From a virus: a DNA stretch of 43,252 bases. The notes beneath the pieces are model-generated. The model was not told where the DNA came from, did not search any database, and worked only from the letters and a program-made list of their open reading frames with translations. The stretch spans positions 1 through 43,252 of the IMG/VR virus record IMGVR_UViG_3300003155_000004; one strand, 5' to 3'. This document shows, one piece after another, positions 8,316 to 17,383 of the stretch. The translations under genes were made by a program, and so were the position numbers. The first letter of the stretch is position 1; every line of letters begins with the position of its first letter.

Positions 8316-8734
8316 TGAGTCCTGACATCCTTACGATGCCAGCCGCAGGTCAGGACTTTTACGGTAAGACGGCAGGAGAGATGGTCACGGATGCATGGGT
8401 CGGACAAAACGGGACCGTGACAGGAACATTCCATTATATGTCCGGATATACAGGATTTAATGATGCTCTTCCAGAGGAACAAGAGGGGTATTACTTCCCG
8501 TTTACTCTTATGAAATCCGGCACGACCATGACATTCAAGAAGAATGGAGAGATATCGAAAGATTCGATTCCGTGGGAAGCGAACAATGTATTCCGCATAA
8601 CACAAGGGAATACTTTTGAGGTGCTGGTTGATGGAGCCCACGTTGTGACGTTTGACTTCACAGAAGCGGTATTTGAACCAAAGACTGTGAAAACTGCATC
8701 GAAACAGCGAACGAAAAACAGCACATCGTCATAA
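8312..8734 (+). CDS. head-module protein of unknown function (possible decoration or Ig-like protein)
   Basis: 140-codon ORF whose start overlaps the capsid gene stop. The function is guessed from position only. Confidence 0.6.
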   Translation: MMSPDILTMPAAGQDFYGKTAGEMVTDAWVGQNGTVTGTFHYMSGYTGFNDALPEEQEGYYFPFTLMKSGTTMTFKKNGEISKDSIPWEANNVFRITQGNTFEVLVDGAHVVTFDFTEAVFEPKTVKTASKQRTKNSTSS

Positions 8735-8749
8735 CCGGGAGGTGAGAGG

Positions 8750-9022
8750 ATGTTCTACCTGATAAAGAAAAGACTCGGGATAGCGGAGAATGTAACCGTA
8801 TACGACGATGATATCAAGAGCTATCTCGCGGACTGCGAACGGGATATGCTTGATTCTGGGGTGCCGCAAAAGACAGTTGACTATCAGGATGACAGGGTGG
8901 TGACAGCAGCCACCCTGTATGTAAAAGCAAATCTCGGGAATGACAGGGCGGACACGGAAAAATATATGGAACTGTACAGGCAGAAAGTATTCAGGCTTAC
9001 ATTGGATCCGGAGGACAGTTAG
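8750..9022 (+). CDS. head-tail connector (gp6-like) protein
   Basis: RBS GGGAGGTGAG. 90 aa. Its position and the DDDIKSYLADCERDML pattern resemble gp6-like connectors. Confidence 0.7.
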   Translation: MFYLIKKRLGIAENVTVYDDDIKSYLADCERDMLDSGVPQKTVDYQDDRVVTAATLYVKANLGNDRADTEKYMELYRQKVFRLTLDPEDS

Positions 9023-9024
9023 AT

Positions 9025-9345
9025 ATGTGGAATGGAAGCATCTTATTAATCAGAACGATACAGCAGGGGCAGAATGAAAATGGATTTCCACAGAATCGGT
9101 ACGAATGTTCCTGCGAGATACCGGCGAACATATCTGATACAACACGAACAGACGAAGCTGTGGGAAATCAATGTGGATACAACGCTGATATCACAGCAGA
9201 GATTGCGGCGTGCAACTACGCCGGAGAATCAGCTTTTAAGGACGTTGGAACCGGGATTATGTATGATGTGAAACGTACATACAGACCTCCAAAATCAATG
9301 AACATTATTCTGACCGGGGAGGCGAGGGAGCATGGCAAAATTTGA
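9025..9345 (+). CDS. head closure / head-tail adaptor protein
   Basis: 106 aa, with synteny after the connector gene. The ending ...YDVKRTYR... is typical of SPP1 gp16-like adaptors. Confidence 0.65.
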   Translation: MWNGSILLIRTIQQGQNENGFPQNRYECSCEIPANISDTTRTDEAVGNQCGYNADITAEIAACNYAGESAFKDVGTGIMYDVKRTYRPPKSMNIILTGEAREHGKI

Positions 9346-9727
9346 CATCCACGGGATAGATGAATTCATGAAAGAGATCAGCCAGCTTGACCTTGACAGG
9401 ATCGCCCCGAAGATGCTGGAGGAATCCGTCCCGATCCTTGAGAAATCTGTGAGGACGGAATCTGCAAAGCATCATGATACGGGGGCAATGGAAGAGTCGA
9501 TCAAAGCTACCGGGGCAAGCGTAAATGCAAGAGGGCATTATATCTGTGTCCGGCCGACCGGGAGAGATGAAAAAGGCGTCAGAAACATGGAAAAGATGGT
9601 GTATATGGAGTACGGGACCAGCAAGCAGGATGCAACGCCGGTATTATCTCCGGCAGTCAGAAAAGTCGAGGATAAGGTGACGGGTAAGATGCAGGAAGTA
9701 TTCAACCGGGAGGTGGACCGTCTGTGA
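9332..9727 (+). CDS. HK97 gp10-family tail-completion protein
   Basis: 131 aa. ...HHDTGAMEESI...MVYMEYGTSKQDATPVLSPA matches the gp10 family pattern. Confidence 0.75.
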   Translation: MAKFDIHGIDEFMKEISQLDLDRIAPKMLEESVPILEKSVRTESAKHHDTGAMEESIKATGASVNARGHYICVRPTGRDEKGVRNMEKMVYMEYGTSKQDATPVLSPAVRKVEDKVTGKMQEVFNREVDRL

Positions 9728-10059
9728 CAACATTTGAAAAAATCATAAAGGCGATCACGCCGTTCGGATATCCGCATTCTCCGGGTGTATACACAGGGCC
9801 GGAGGATCACTGGTTTACGTACAACTATGCGGATGATTACGGCGACAATTACGCGGACGATGAACCGCAGAGCGTGATCAATCAGATCCAACTGCACTTT
9901 TTCCTGCCGGCGGACGAAGATTACACGGGGATTAAGAACCAGATCCGGAATGCGTTGTTTCAACAGGGATTTACATTTCCGGAGATCACGCTGCTGGATG
10001 ATCCGGATCCAAAGCTGAGGCATATCGTATTCGAGTGTGAAATTGAGGAAGAGGTGTAA
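9724..10059 (+). CDS. tail terminator / tail-completion protein
   Basis: GTG start overlapping the upstream stop. 111 aa. Synteny places it immediately before the major tail genes. Confidence 0.6.
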   Translation: MTTFEKIIKAITPFGYPHSPGVYTGPEDHWFTYNYADDYGDNYADDEPQSVINQIQLHFFLPADEDYTGIKNQIRNALFQQGFTFPEITLLDDPDPKLRHIVFECEIEEEV

Positions 10060-10062
10060 AGT

Positions 10063-10611
10063 ATGGCATACATAGGAATTGCTCGACCGGTCATCGCTGC
10101 ATACTCCGAAGAGAACGGCAAAGCCGCATATTCCGGCGGGATCCGGTTTGGGAAGGCTATAAAAATCGAGATCGATCCGCAGTATGAGGATATCAGCGAT
10201 TACCGAGACATTAACGACACCGAAGAGGATGAAGAATTCTCTTATGCAGATATCACGCTCGATACAGATGAAGTGCCGGAAGAGGCGGAGCCGATGATGT
10301 TCGGGCGGGAGATGGACGGAATAGCAAGGGAAAGTAACTGCTCCGGATATGTCGGAGTTGGCGTGAGAACCAAGCATATAAAGAACGGCAGAATCCGGTA
10401 TCTTGCAATATGGATACATAAAGCAAAATTCAAAGAGGGCAGCAGTTCCCACGAAACAAAGGGAGACTCGATCAGCTACCAGACACCATCCACTTCCGGA
10501 AAAGCTGTGCCGGACGTGGAGGGAAAGTGGAGAACGAAAAAGACATTTGAGACAGCAGAAGAAGCAGATCGCTGGATCGACACGATCGCAGGGATAGAAA
10601 GAGAGGAATAA
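10063..10611 (+). CDS. major tail protein, phi13-family-like (paralog 1)
   Basis: MAYIGIARPVIA..., FGKAI, EFSYADITL, TKGDSISYQTPSTSG. Confidence 0.8.
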   Translation: MAYIGIARPVIAAYSEENGKAAYSGGIRFGKAIKIEIDPQYEDISDYRDINDTEEDEEFSYADITLDTDEVPEEAEPMMFGREMDGIARESNCSGYVGVGVRTKHIKNGRIRYLAIWIHKAKFKEGSSSHETKGDSISYQTPSTSGKAVPDVEGKWRTKKTFETAEEADRWIDTIAGIEREE

Positions 10612-10613
10612 TT

Positions 10614-11441
10614 ATGGCATATGTAGGATTAAGGAAACCGATTATTGCAAAACTGAACAACGATGGAACGTATGATGAGCCGTTCGCATTCGGAAAAGCG
10701 ATCGGCCTGCAGGTGACACCAAACTATGCGGAAGGATCACTATATGCGGATGATGGACAGGCGGAATACGACAAAGAATTTTCCTACGCGGAGGTTACGT
10801 TAAACACCAGTACAATTCCGATCATTGCGCATGATAAGATGTTCGGGCATAAAGTGACGGAGAACAACGTTAAATTCAACGGCGATGATCAGAATAACGA
10901 TGTAGGTATGGGATGGATTTCGGTGGAGAAGGTGAACGGGGTAAGGTCATTTATCGGAAACTTCCTGCACAAAGTAAAATACTCCGAGCCGTCCGAAGAC
11001 TACACAACAAGAGGAGAATCCATTGAATACAAAACACCGTCAATCACTGGGCGCGCAAGCACGGTAGACGGCGGAGACTGGAAAGAGACAGAAACCTTCA
11101 CTACGGAAGCGGAAGCAAAGAACTGGATATACGAGAAGTTTGGAAAAACGATGGACACGTTAAATGTGCAGAGCGCGGCAGGTACCACAACGGGAAAGAC
11201 AAAACTTACTGTGACACCAAGCAAAGGGGGAACGTCTTCTTATGTGTATAAAACAGGGAAGGATGTATCGCTTCCGGGATACAACGATGTATGTAACGTA
11301 AAATCCGGATGGACTCCGTGGGATGGTACGGAGGAAATTGCAGCAAAGACAGGAGACAAAATCGTGGTGGCTGAAATACTGACGGAAGACAGCACAGCAA
11401 TCAAAGCCGGAGAAGGAACTGTAACAGCAAAAGATGAATAA
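10614..11441 (+). CDS. major tail protein, phi13-family-like (paralog 2) with a C-terminal Ig-like extension
   Basis: MAYVGLRKPIIA..., FGKAI, YADDGQAEYDKEFSYAEVTL, TRGESIEYKTPSITG. It carries an extra C-terminus of about 95 aa (TTGKTKLTVTPSKGG...). Confidence 0.8.
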   Translation: MAYVGLRKPIIAKLNNDGTYDEPFAFGKAIGLQVTPNYAEGSLYADDGQAEYDKEFSYAEVTLNTSTIPIIAHDKMFGHKVTENNVKFNGDDQNNDVGMGWISVEKVNGVRSFIGNFLHKVKYSEPSEDYTTRGESIEYKTPSITGRASTVDGGDWKETETFTTEAEAKNWIYEKFGKTMDTLNVQSAAGTTTGKTKLTVTPSKGGTSSYVYKTGKDVSLPGYNDVCNVKSGWTPWDGTEEIAAKTGDKIVVAEILTEDSTAIKAGEGTVTAKDE

Positions 11442-11452
11442 GGAGACGGAAT

Positions 11453-11899
11453 ATGTTTGAGAAAATGAATTACATAAAGTTATCCGGAGTAAAATATCCG
11501 TTCAAGTGCGATATACTCGTGCTCGAGCGGATTCAGGACAAATACAAAGATCTTGCGGAGTTCGAGAATAAGCTGAGCGGATTCATACCGGGAGTCGATG
11601 AAGACGGTGAATACACCAGAAATGATGAAGGCAGGATTATCGGATATTACGGAGAACCGAACATGGAAGCGCTTGGCGACTTTCTGGCGTGGACAATCGA
11701 AGAGGGAATTGAGATCGAGAGGGAAGAGAGTGGAGCGGAGATGGAAATCCCAGAAAGGAAGAAGTTGATCCGATCCGTAGACCTTGCGCCGCGCGAGATC
11801 ATGGAAATCCTCAGAAAGGAATTTGCACGGTGCTTTGAGAGAAAAAACGGGAAACCCACGCAGACGAAATCGAAGACGACGGAGAAGCCGGAGAAATAG
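11453..11899 (+). CDS. tail assembly chaperone (gpG-like)
   Basis: 148 aa and acidic, located between the major tail and tape measure genes. Confidence 0.8.
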   Translation: MFEKMNYIKLSGVKYPFKCDILVLERIQDKYKDLAEFENKLSGFIPGVDEDGEYTRNDEGRIIGYYGEPNMEALGDFLAWTIEEGIEIEREESGAEMEIPERKKLIRSVDLAPREIMEILRKEFARCFERKNGKPTQTKSKTTEKPEK

Positions 11900-12078
11900 A
11901 CTTTGCGTGGATCACATTCGTAGGTCTTCAGATCGGATACCGCGAGAAAGAGGTTGCTCATATGTACTTCGGAAAGTGGGCGGATCTCTTCCAGGAATTC
12001 AAGCGGATGCACAACATGAAAATGAAGCGCATGATATTCGAGGAAGAGAAAAAAGTCGTATCTCTCATGGATTTATAA
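11453..12078 (+). CDS. tail assembly chaperone G-T fusion (via -1 frameshift at 11842..11848)
   Basis: The -1 frame extension encodes ...DFAWITFVGLQIGYREKEVAHMYFGKWADLFQEFKRMH...SLMDL*. This is the conserved gpG/gpGT arrangement of long-tailed phages. Confidence 0.7.
11842..11848 (+). promoter_or_regulatory. -1 programmed frameshift slippery heptamer A_AAA_AAC
   Basis: In the gpG zero frame the codons read AGA AAA AAC. The -1 frame is open from 11839 to the stop at 12076-12078. Confidence 0.7.
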
Positions 12079-12087
12079 ACTATCCTG

Positions 12088-12096
12088 TGGTATGAT
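12088..12096 (+). promoter_or_regulatory. extended -10 promoter (TGgTATGAT) for the inserted moron gene
   Basis: TGGTATGAT lies 24 nt upstream of the ATG and is followed by RBS AAGGAGGGA. Confidence 0.5.
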
Positions 12097-12119
12097 AGAA
12101 GCACAAGGAGGGAGCGGTC

Positions 12120-12419
12120 ATGGGAAAAGTGATTACAAAAATGACAGCGGGCGTAATATCATATCTGTTCAAGTACCGGCCATACATTACAATGTGGATT
12201 GCGTGCTGCATCGGAGCCGGGATATACGAGAGCGTAAAAGACCACGACATTGGAAGACTGATCGCCTGTGCGTTGTTCGCTTTCGTTCCTCTGATTATAA
12301 AACGGATCCTGCTAATGATAAGCCGGATCGGCGGGCGAAACGGATACGACGATAAGTTCTTCGGGATCGCGCCGAAAGGAAGATTTATGAATTATATGAA
12401 TCAATATATGAGCAAATAG
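12120..12419 (+). CDS. small membrane protein (moron; candidate superinfection-exclusion protein)
   Basis: 99 aa with two or three hydrophobic helices (ITMWIACCIGAGIY, LIACALFAFVPLII). It has its own promoter-like element, an RBS and two downstream terminators. Confidence 0.75.
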   Translation: MGKVITKMTAGVISYLFKYRPYITMWIACCIGAGIYESVKDHDIGRLIACALFAFVPLIIKRILLMISRIGGRNGYDDKFFGIAPKGRFMNYMNQYMSK

Positions 12420-12421
12420 AA

Positions 12422-12445
12422 ACCGTCCGGAAGGGCGGTTTTTCT
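12422..12445 (+). terminator. rho-independent terminator
   Basis: ACCGTCC-GGAA-GGGCGGT stem-loop followed by TTTTCT. Confidence 0.75.
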
Positions 12446-12476
12446 ATGCGAAAAACAGAAAAACATAAACATATGC

Positions 12477-12508
12477 AATAAAAGAGTCTGGCAGCAGGCT
12501 CTTTTATT
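12477..12508. terminator. bidirectional rho-independent terminator
   Basis: AATAAAAGAGTCTG-GCAG-CAGGCTCTTTTATT forms a 14-bp stem with one G.U pair, flanked by A and T tracts. Confidence 0.75.
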
Positions 12509-12540
12509 GTGCTCAAATTTGAGGGAAGGCAGGCGAGAAA

Positions 12541-15500
12541 ATGCCATCGAAGAAGATAGGTGCCTATATCACACTCGACGGCGAAAAAGAGTTTAGAGCA
12601 GCGACAACGGCTTGCAATAAGAGTCTTGCGACTATGAAGTCAGAGATGAAACTTGTGGAAGCTCAAACTGCAGGAAGTGCAAACTCTCTGGGGACGCTGC
12701 AGAAAAAGCATGAGGTATTGTCACGAACTCTGGATGAGCAGAAGCAGAAAGAAGCGGCTGTAAGCGCCGGATTAAAGCACGCTCAGGAAGACTATGAAAG
12801 AGTCGGGAGCGAACTTGAAAACTACAGAAAGAAGTTGGAGCAGGCCCGCAGCACTCTGGACGATATGAAGCAGTCCTCGGAAACAACCGAGGAAGCGCTG
12901 AATAACCAAAGCGAACAGGTAGAGCAGCTCGAGTCAATTGTAAGCAAAGGAGAGCAGACATACCAGCGCGCCGGGAATCGCGTAAATGACTGGCAGAAAC
13001 AGCTCAACAATGCAGAAGCCCAGACGATACGGGCGACGAAAGCTCTGAATGAAAATGCTGCATATATGAAAGAGGCGGAGAGTGCCACTGACGGGTATGC
13101 GAAGAGCATTGACGGATTCGGGAACAAGGTTGACGATACTGCAGACAAGCTGACCAGCTTTGGGACGATCCTGAAAACAAACTTGACAAACACTGCGATT
13201 GACTTCGGAAAGGATACATTCAAAAGCGCAGTACAGGGGACGCTTGAACTGGAAGATGCCCAGAAAAAACTGCAGGCCAGCACCGGAGCTACGACGCAGG
13301 CTACAAAAGAATACAGTTCTGAAATGCAGGATCTCTATTCCGAAGGTTTCGGTGACTCGATCACCGATGCGGCGGACGCAATGGCATTGGTGAAGCAGTA
13401 TACCAACGAGACAGATCCGTCAAAGATCAAAGAACTCGCGGAAAGTGGGATAGCGCTGGAGGATACGTTCGGGATGGACTTGAGCGAATCAATCAGGGGC
13501 GCTGACGCTCTCATGAGAAACATGGGGCTTACTGCGGAAGAGGCGTTTGGCTACATCGCGGCGGGAGCGCAAAACGGCCTGAATAAATCAGGAGAACTTA
13601 CGGACAACCTCGCAGAGTATAGTCAACTATGGGGACAGGCGGGATTCTCCGCCGAAGAAATGTTCACGATTCTTCAGAATGGACTTGATTCAGGTGCGTA
13701 CAACCTCGATAAAGTCAATGATTATGTAAAGGAATTCGGAATCAGTCTTTCAGATGGAAGAATCGAAGAAAATCTGGGAGCATTTTCATCCAATACACAG
13801 GAATTATTCCATCAATGGAAAAATGGTGGAGCGACTACAAAGCAGGTATTCCAGTCTGTGATCTCTGACCTTGCAAGCATGGAGAATCAGCAGCAGGCCC
13901 TTACGATCGCGAGCAACACTTGGAGTTCTCTTGGCGAAGATAACGCCATGAAGGTGATCACTTCCCTAAATAACGTGAACAACACCTATAAAAATGTCCG
14001 CGGAACAATGGAGGAAGTGAAAAACATCCGGTACGACAGCGTAGCGAATCAGTGGAAATCACTGGGACGCACATTTCAGACGGATGTAATGTCGCCAATG
14101 CTGCAGGAGTTCCTGCCCGCAGCGAAGAGCGGGCTTAAATTTCTTACGGACAATATCGACGGGATCGCAACGGCGGCAAAGGTAGCAACTCCGATCGTGG
14201 CCGGGATGTTCGCGGTTAAGAAAGGAAATGAAATAACAAAGCTGCTGAAAGATACTCAAAAGAATATCAAAGGCGTCATCACATGGGTGACGGCACATAC
14301 GGTAGCGAAAACCGCTGAAACGGCGGCGGAGACAGCGAACACGGCCGCACAGGGAGCAAATACTACAGCGACGGTGGCCGGTACTGCGGCAACGACAGCG
14401 CACAGCGTAGTTACAACAGCGGCGACCGCGGCACAGACGGCGTTCAATGCGGCGCTGATGGCCAATCCTGCGGGAGTGGTACTCGTCGGGATCACCGCCC
14501 TCGTGGGAGGGATTGCACTCTTATCCGGGGCAATTGAAGAGACAACGACAAAGACGGATGAACTCACGGAAGCGGCAGATAAAAGCATCGAGAGAATAGA
14601 TGCAGCAGCGCAGTCGCTTGAGGAATCAACGCAGGGATGGTCAGACTCTTTAAGCAGTCTGAAAGCGCAGGAAGGCGTTGCGGACAACCTTGTGACAGAA
14701 CTCTATAATCTCGAAGCGCAGTCAGGGAAAACGGATGCACAGATTGGACGGATGAATACCATTGTTGGGGAACTCAATTCCATGTTCCCGGATCTGTCAC
14801 TGTCTATTAACGAAAACACCGGAGCACTGAGTGCAAACGAGCAACAGACGCGCCGGTCGATTGACGCGGCTCTGGAGATGTCAAAAGCGTCGGCGGCACA
14901 GGAAAAGATGGCAGATATCGCAGATGATCTCGTAGAAGCTGAAATGGCGAAATACGAGGCAGAACAGAATCTGAAAGACATCGGAGACGAACTAACAGCG
15001 TTGGACGATGAAAGAAACCGAATCCTTGAAGAAAGTGCCGAAGCCGCTAAGAAAGGGACGGAAGCATATGTAGAATACAACGGGGAGATGCTGACGTCAC
15101 AGGACGCTCTGATGGCCATATCCGAAGCAGAAGGAACTCTGCTCGATAAGCGCAAAGAACAGCAGGAATCGCTCGATGGGCTGACGGAAAAATACAATGA
15201 AGCAAACAGTCAATATCAAAGCGCATACGAATATACACAGAACCTGACAGATGGAACGGCAGCGAATACCGAGGCGACGAATCAAAACACGGAAGCGAAA
15301 CAGGCGAATGCGGATGCAGAAGCAGCAAAGCAGGGGGCATCGGCGGCAAGCATTGAAGTCCTGGGCGAGGAGACTGCGGCGTATCAGAATCTGTCTGCAA
15401 CACAGCAGCAGCTCGCGGTGGACGTGACCAACGGCGTACTGACAATGCAGGAAAACGTGCAGAGCGCCCTCGAGTCCCAGATGAATATGTTCGAGCAGTT

Positions 15501-16539
15501 CGACGGCGGCGTACAACTGTCCACGGAACAGCTGTTATCAAATATGCAGAGCCAGATTGACGGCGTGACGACGTGGGAGCAGAATCTATCCACCCTGGCT
15601 GACCGCGGGATCAATCAGGGACTGCTTCAGAAACTGGCAGAGATGGGACCGCAGGGAGCTGGATACGTCCAGACATTTTCGAACATGACGGAAAGCGAAC
15701 TGTCAAAAGCAAATGACTTGTGGGGCCAGAGCATCGATATTAAGGGCATGACAAATGACTGGGGGCAGCAGCTTCTCGAATCCGGCGCGGCAAACATTGC
15801 CGGTGGAATGTCGAATCTTACGCCGTTAATGGAAGCGAGCGGAGCCAATACGGTCATGGGACTTGTCAGAGGAATGCAGCAGGCTCAGGCGGCCGCGGAA
15901 GCACAGGGAAATGATCTTGGAGTGAAGCTGATCGACTCCATAGATGACGGACTTGGAGTACAGTCACCATCCAGAAAGACGACGCAGTCAGGAAGATATG
16001 TAGATCAGGGGCTCGCAAACGGAATGAACACCGGAAAGCCTGTAGTACAGAATGCTGCGCGCAGCGTTGCAACAGCAGTGACGGATCAAATGTCATCCTC
16101 GCTCAGCTTCGTCAAATTTAAGGGAATAGGCGGAAGAGTACCGGATGGGCTCGCGTCAGGCATCAGAGCAGGAAAATCAGAGGTGATATCTGCGGCATCA
16201 GAAGTCGCATCAGATGCGATAAAAGCTGCAAATGATAAGCTGGAAATCCATTCGCCATCTCACGTGTTTCGAAGAATGGGTTCGAATACCATGGATTCGT
16301 ACGCACTTGGCGTAAAAGATAGGAAGGCAAGCGTTGAAAGAACGGTAAAGGGAGCTGTAGATTTCAGCGATATAAGAGGGACGATGGGAAGTTATGGCGC
16401 ATCTGCATCAAGAAATGAACAGAGGGCACTGGCGGGAATGCTCGCAGAAGCTATGAAAAGCGTGAAGTTCTCTGTATATCTGGGAGACAGAGAGGTTACA
16501 AGAGCTCTATCAGGAATGAAGGTGATGTTTAGTGCTTAG
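12541..16539 (+). CDS. tail tape measure protein
   Basis: 1332 aa with a coiled-coil N-terminus, a central hydrophobic Ala/Thr-rich segment, and a position after the G/GT chaperones. Confidence 0.92.
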   Translation: MPSKKIGAYITLDGEKEFRAATTACNKSLATMKSEMKLVEAQTAGSANSLGTLQKKHEVLSRTLDEQKQKEAAVSAGLKHAQEDYERVGSELENYRKKLEQARSTLDDMKQSSETTEEALNNQSEQVEQLESIVSKGEQTYQRAGNRVNDWQKQLNNAEAQTIRATKALNENAAYMKEAESATDGYAKSIDGFGNKVDDTADKLTSFGTILKTNLTNTAIDFGKDTFKSAVQGTLELEDAQKKLQASTGATTQATKEYSSEMQDLYSEGFGDSITDAADAMALVKQYTNETDPSKIKELAESGIALEDTFGMDLSESIRGADALMRNMGLTAEEAFGYIAAGAQNGLNKSGELTDNLAEYSQLWGQAGFSAEEMFTILQNGLDSGAYNLDKVNDYVKEFGISLSDGRIEENLGAFSSNTQELFHQWKNGGATTKQVFQSVISDLASMENQQQALTIASNTWSSLGEDNAMKVITSLNNVNNTYKNVRGTMEEVKNIRYDSVANQWKSLGRTFQTDVMSPMLQEFLPAAKSGLKFLTDNIDGIATAAKVATPIVAGMFAVKKGNEITKLLKDTQKNIKGVITWVTAHTVAKTAETAAETANTAAQGANTTATVAGTAATTAHSVVTTAATAAQTAFNAALMANPAGVVLVGITALVGGIALLSGAIEETTTKTDELTEAADKSIERIDAAAQSLEESTQGWSDSLSSLKAQEGVADNLVTELYNLEAQSGKTDAQIGRMNTIVGELNSMFPDLSLSINENTGALSANEQQTRRSIDAALEMSKASAAQEKMADIADDLVEAEMAKYEAEQNLKDIGDELTALDDERNRILEESAEAAKKGTEAYVEYNGEMLTSQDALMAISEAEGTLLDKRKEQQESLDGLTEKYNEANSQYQSAYEYTQNLTDGTAANTEATNQNTEAKQANADAEAAKQGASAASIEVLGEETAAYQNLSATQQQLAVDVTNGVLTMQENVQSALESQMNMFEQFDGGVQLSTEQLLSNMQSQIDGVTTWEQNLSTLADRGINQGLLQKLAEMGPQGAGYVQTFSNMTESELSKANDLWGQSIDIKGMTNDWGQQLLESGAANIAGGMSNLTPLMEASGANTVMGLVRGMQQAQAAAEAQGNDLGVKLIDSIDDGLGVQSPSRKTTQSGRYVDQGLANGMNTGKPVVQNAARSVATAVTDQMSSSLSFVKFKGIGGRVPDGLASGIRAGKSEVISAASEVASDAIKAANDKLEIHSPSHVFRRMGSNTMDSYALGVKDRKASVERTVKGAVDFSDIRGTMGSYGASASRNEQRALAGMLAEAMKSVKFSVYLGDREVTRALSGMKVMFSA

Positions 16540-17383
16540 ATATGTAAGCGGGAGTACAGGAGAAGAAATAAATCTTACGGAAAATCATATAAAAGCACAC
16601 ATTAAAACAGCGGGACTTTACGATTACGAATATGATATTGATGAAATCGATACGGTAAACAGCGTTGAGGTGGAGCGGTTCTATCTGAAGTCAAAACAAT
16701 ACGACCTCATACTGGACTTCAGAGGGAACGGGGAAGAACGCGCAGAGGCGGCAGAGAAATTCTTCACGATAGCAAATAGAGATGTTGTATACAAGAAGAT
16801 TGGAAAACTGTATTTCAAAGACCAGTACTTGAACTGCTATATCGTGGGTTCGCAATACGAAAACGCTGAGAGGGCGAGAATCGTCAGAAAAACGATGGGA
16901 GTATACGCTCCGAAGCCAATCTGGATAACAGAAGCAAGTCGTTCCTTCACGAAGATCAGCGGATCAGGAGAGACGGAAGAGTACCTGGACTACGAATATG
17001 ACTATGATTACGACTACACTATGCCGTATGGCGGTGACGTAATCTGGAAGGTAGACCATTATGCACCCTGCGAGTATGAGATGATCATATATGGTCCCTG
17101 CGTGGATCCGCGCGTGGTGATCAACGGACATATCTATCAGGTGTTTGCGACACTTGACGAGAACGACTACGCGAAGATCAACAGCCGTGAAAATTCTGTT
17201 GTGCAGTATCTCGCAAACGGAACACAGCGGGATCTCTATGATTACCGGGTAAAGATAACCGGATCACTGTTCGAGCCGATCTCGCCCGGAAATGTACGGG
17301 TAGTGTGGTCGGGAGAGTTCGGATTTGATCTGACACTATTCTGCGAGAGGAGTGAGCCGAGATGGAAGACCCAAGGCAGTTAA
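16532..17383 (+). CDS. distal tail protein (Dit-like)
   Basis: 283 aa immediately after the tape measure gene, with a GTG start overlapping its end. Confidence 0.7.
   Translation: MLRYVSGSTGEEINLTENHIKAHIKTAGLYDYEYDIDEIDTVNSVEVERFYLKSKQYDLILDFRGNGEERAEAAEKFFTIANRDVVYKKIGKLYFKDQYLNCYIVGSQYENAERARIVRKTMGVYAPKPIWITEASRSFTKISGSGETEEYLDYEYDYDYDYTMPYGGDVIWKVDHYAPCEYEMIIYGPCVDPRVVINGHIYQVFATLDENDYAKINSRENSVVQYLANGTQRDLYDYRVKITGSLFEPISPGNVRVVWSGEFGFDLTLFCERSEPRWKTQGS

Noticed and set aside
11784-12095. Arg-rich 103-aa ORF that looks like the frameshifted T part of the tail chaperone.
   Set aside because: It is in the wrong frame. The frame reached by -1 slippage at A_AAA_AAC is the other one (open 11839..12078), and that frame gives a sensible T-domain sequence.
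12092-12355. 87-aa ORF overlapping the moron gene.
   Set aside because: It is an alternative frame of 12120..12419. It has no RBS, and its translation is basic and low in complexity. The 12120 frame has a strong RBS and clear TM helices.
14290-14470. Thr/Ala-rich low-complexity stretch (TAETAAETANTAAQGANTTATVAGTAATTAHSVVTTAATAAQTA), considered as a possible repeat element.
   Set aside because: It is in frame within the tape measure protein and precedes its hydrophobic segment. Such low-complexity regions are common in tape measure proteins.
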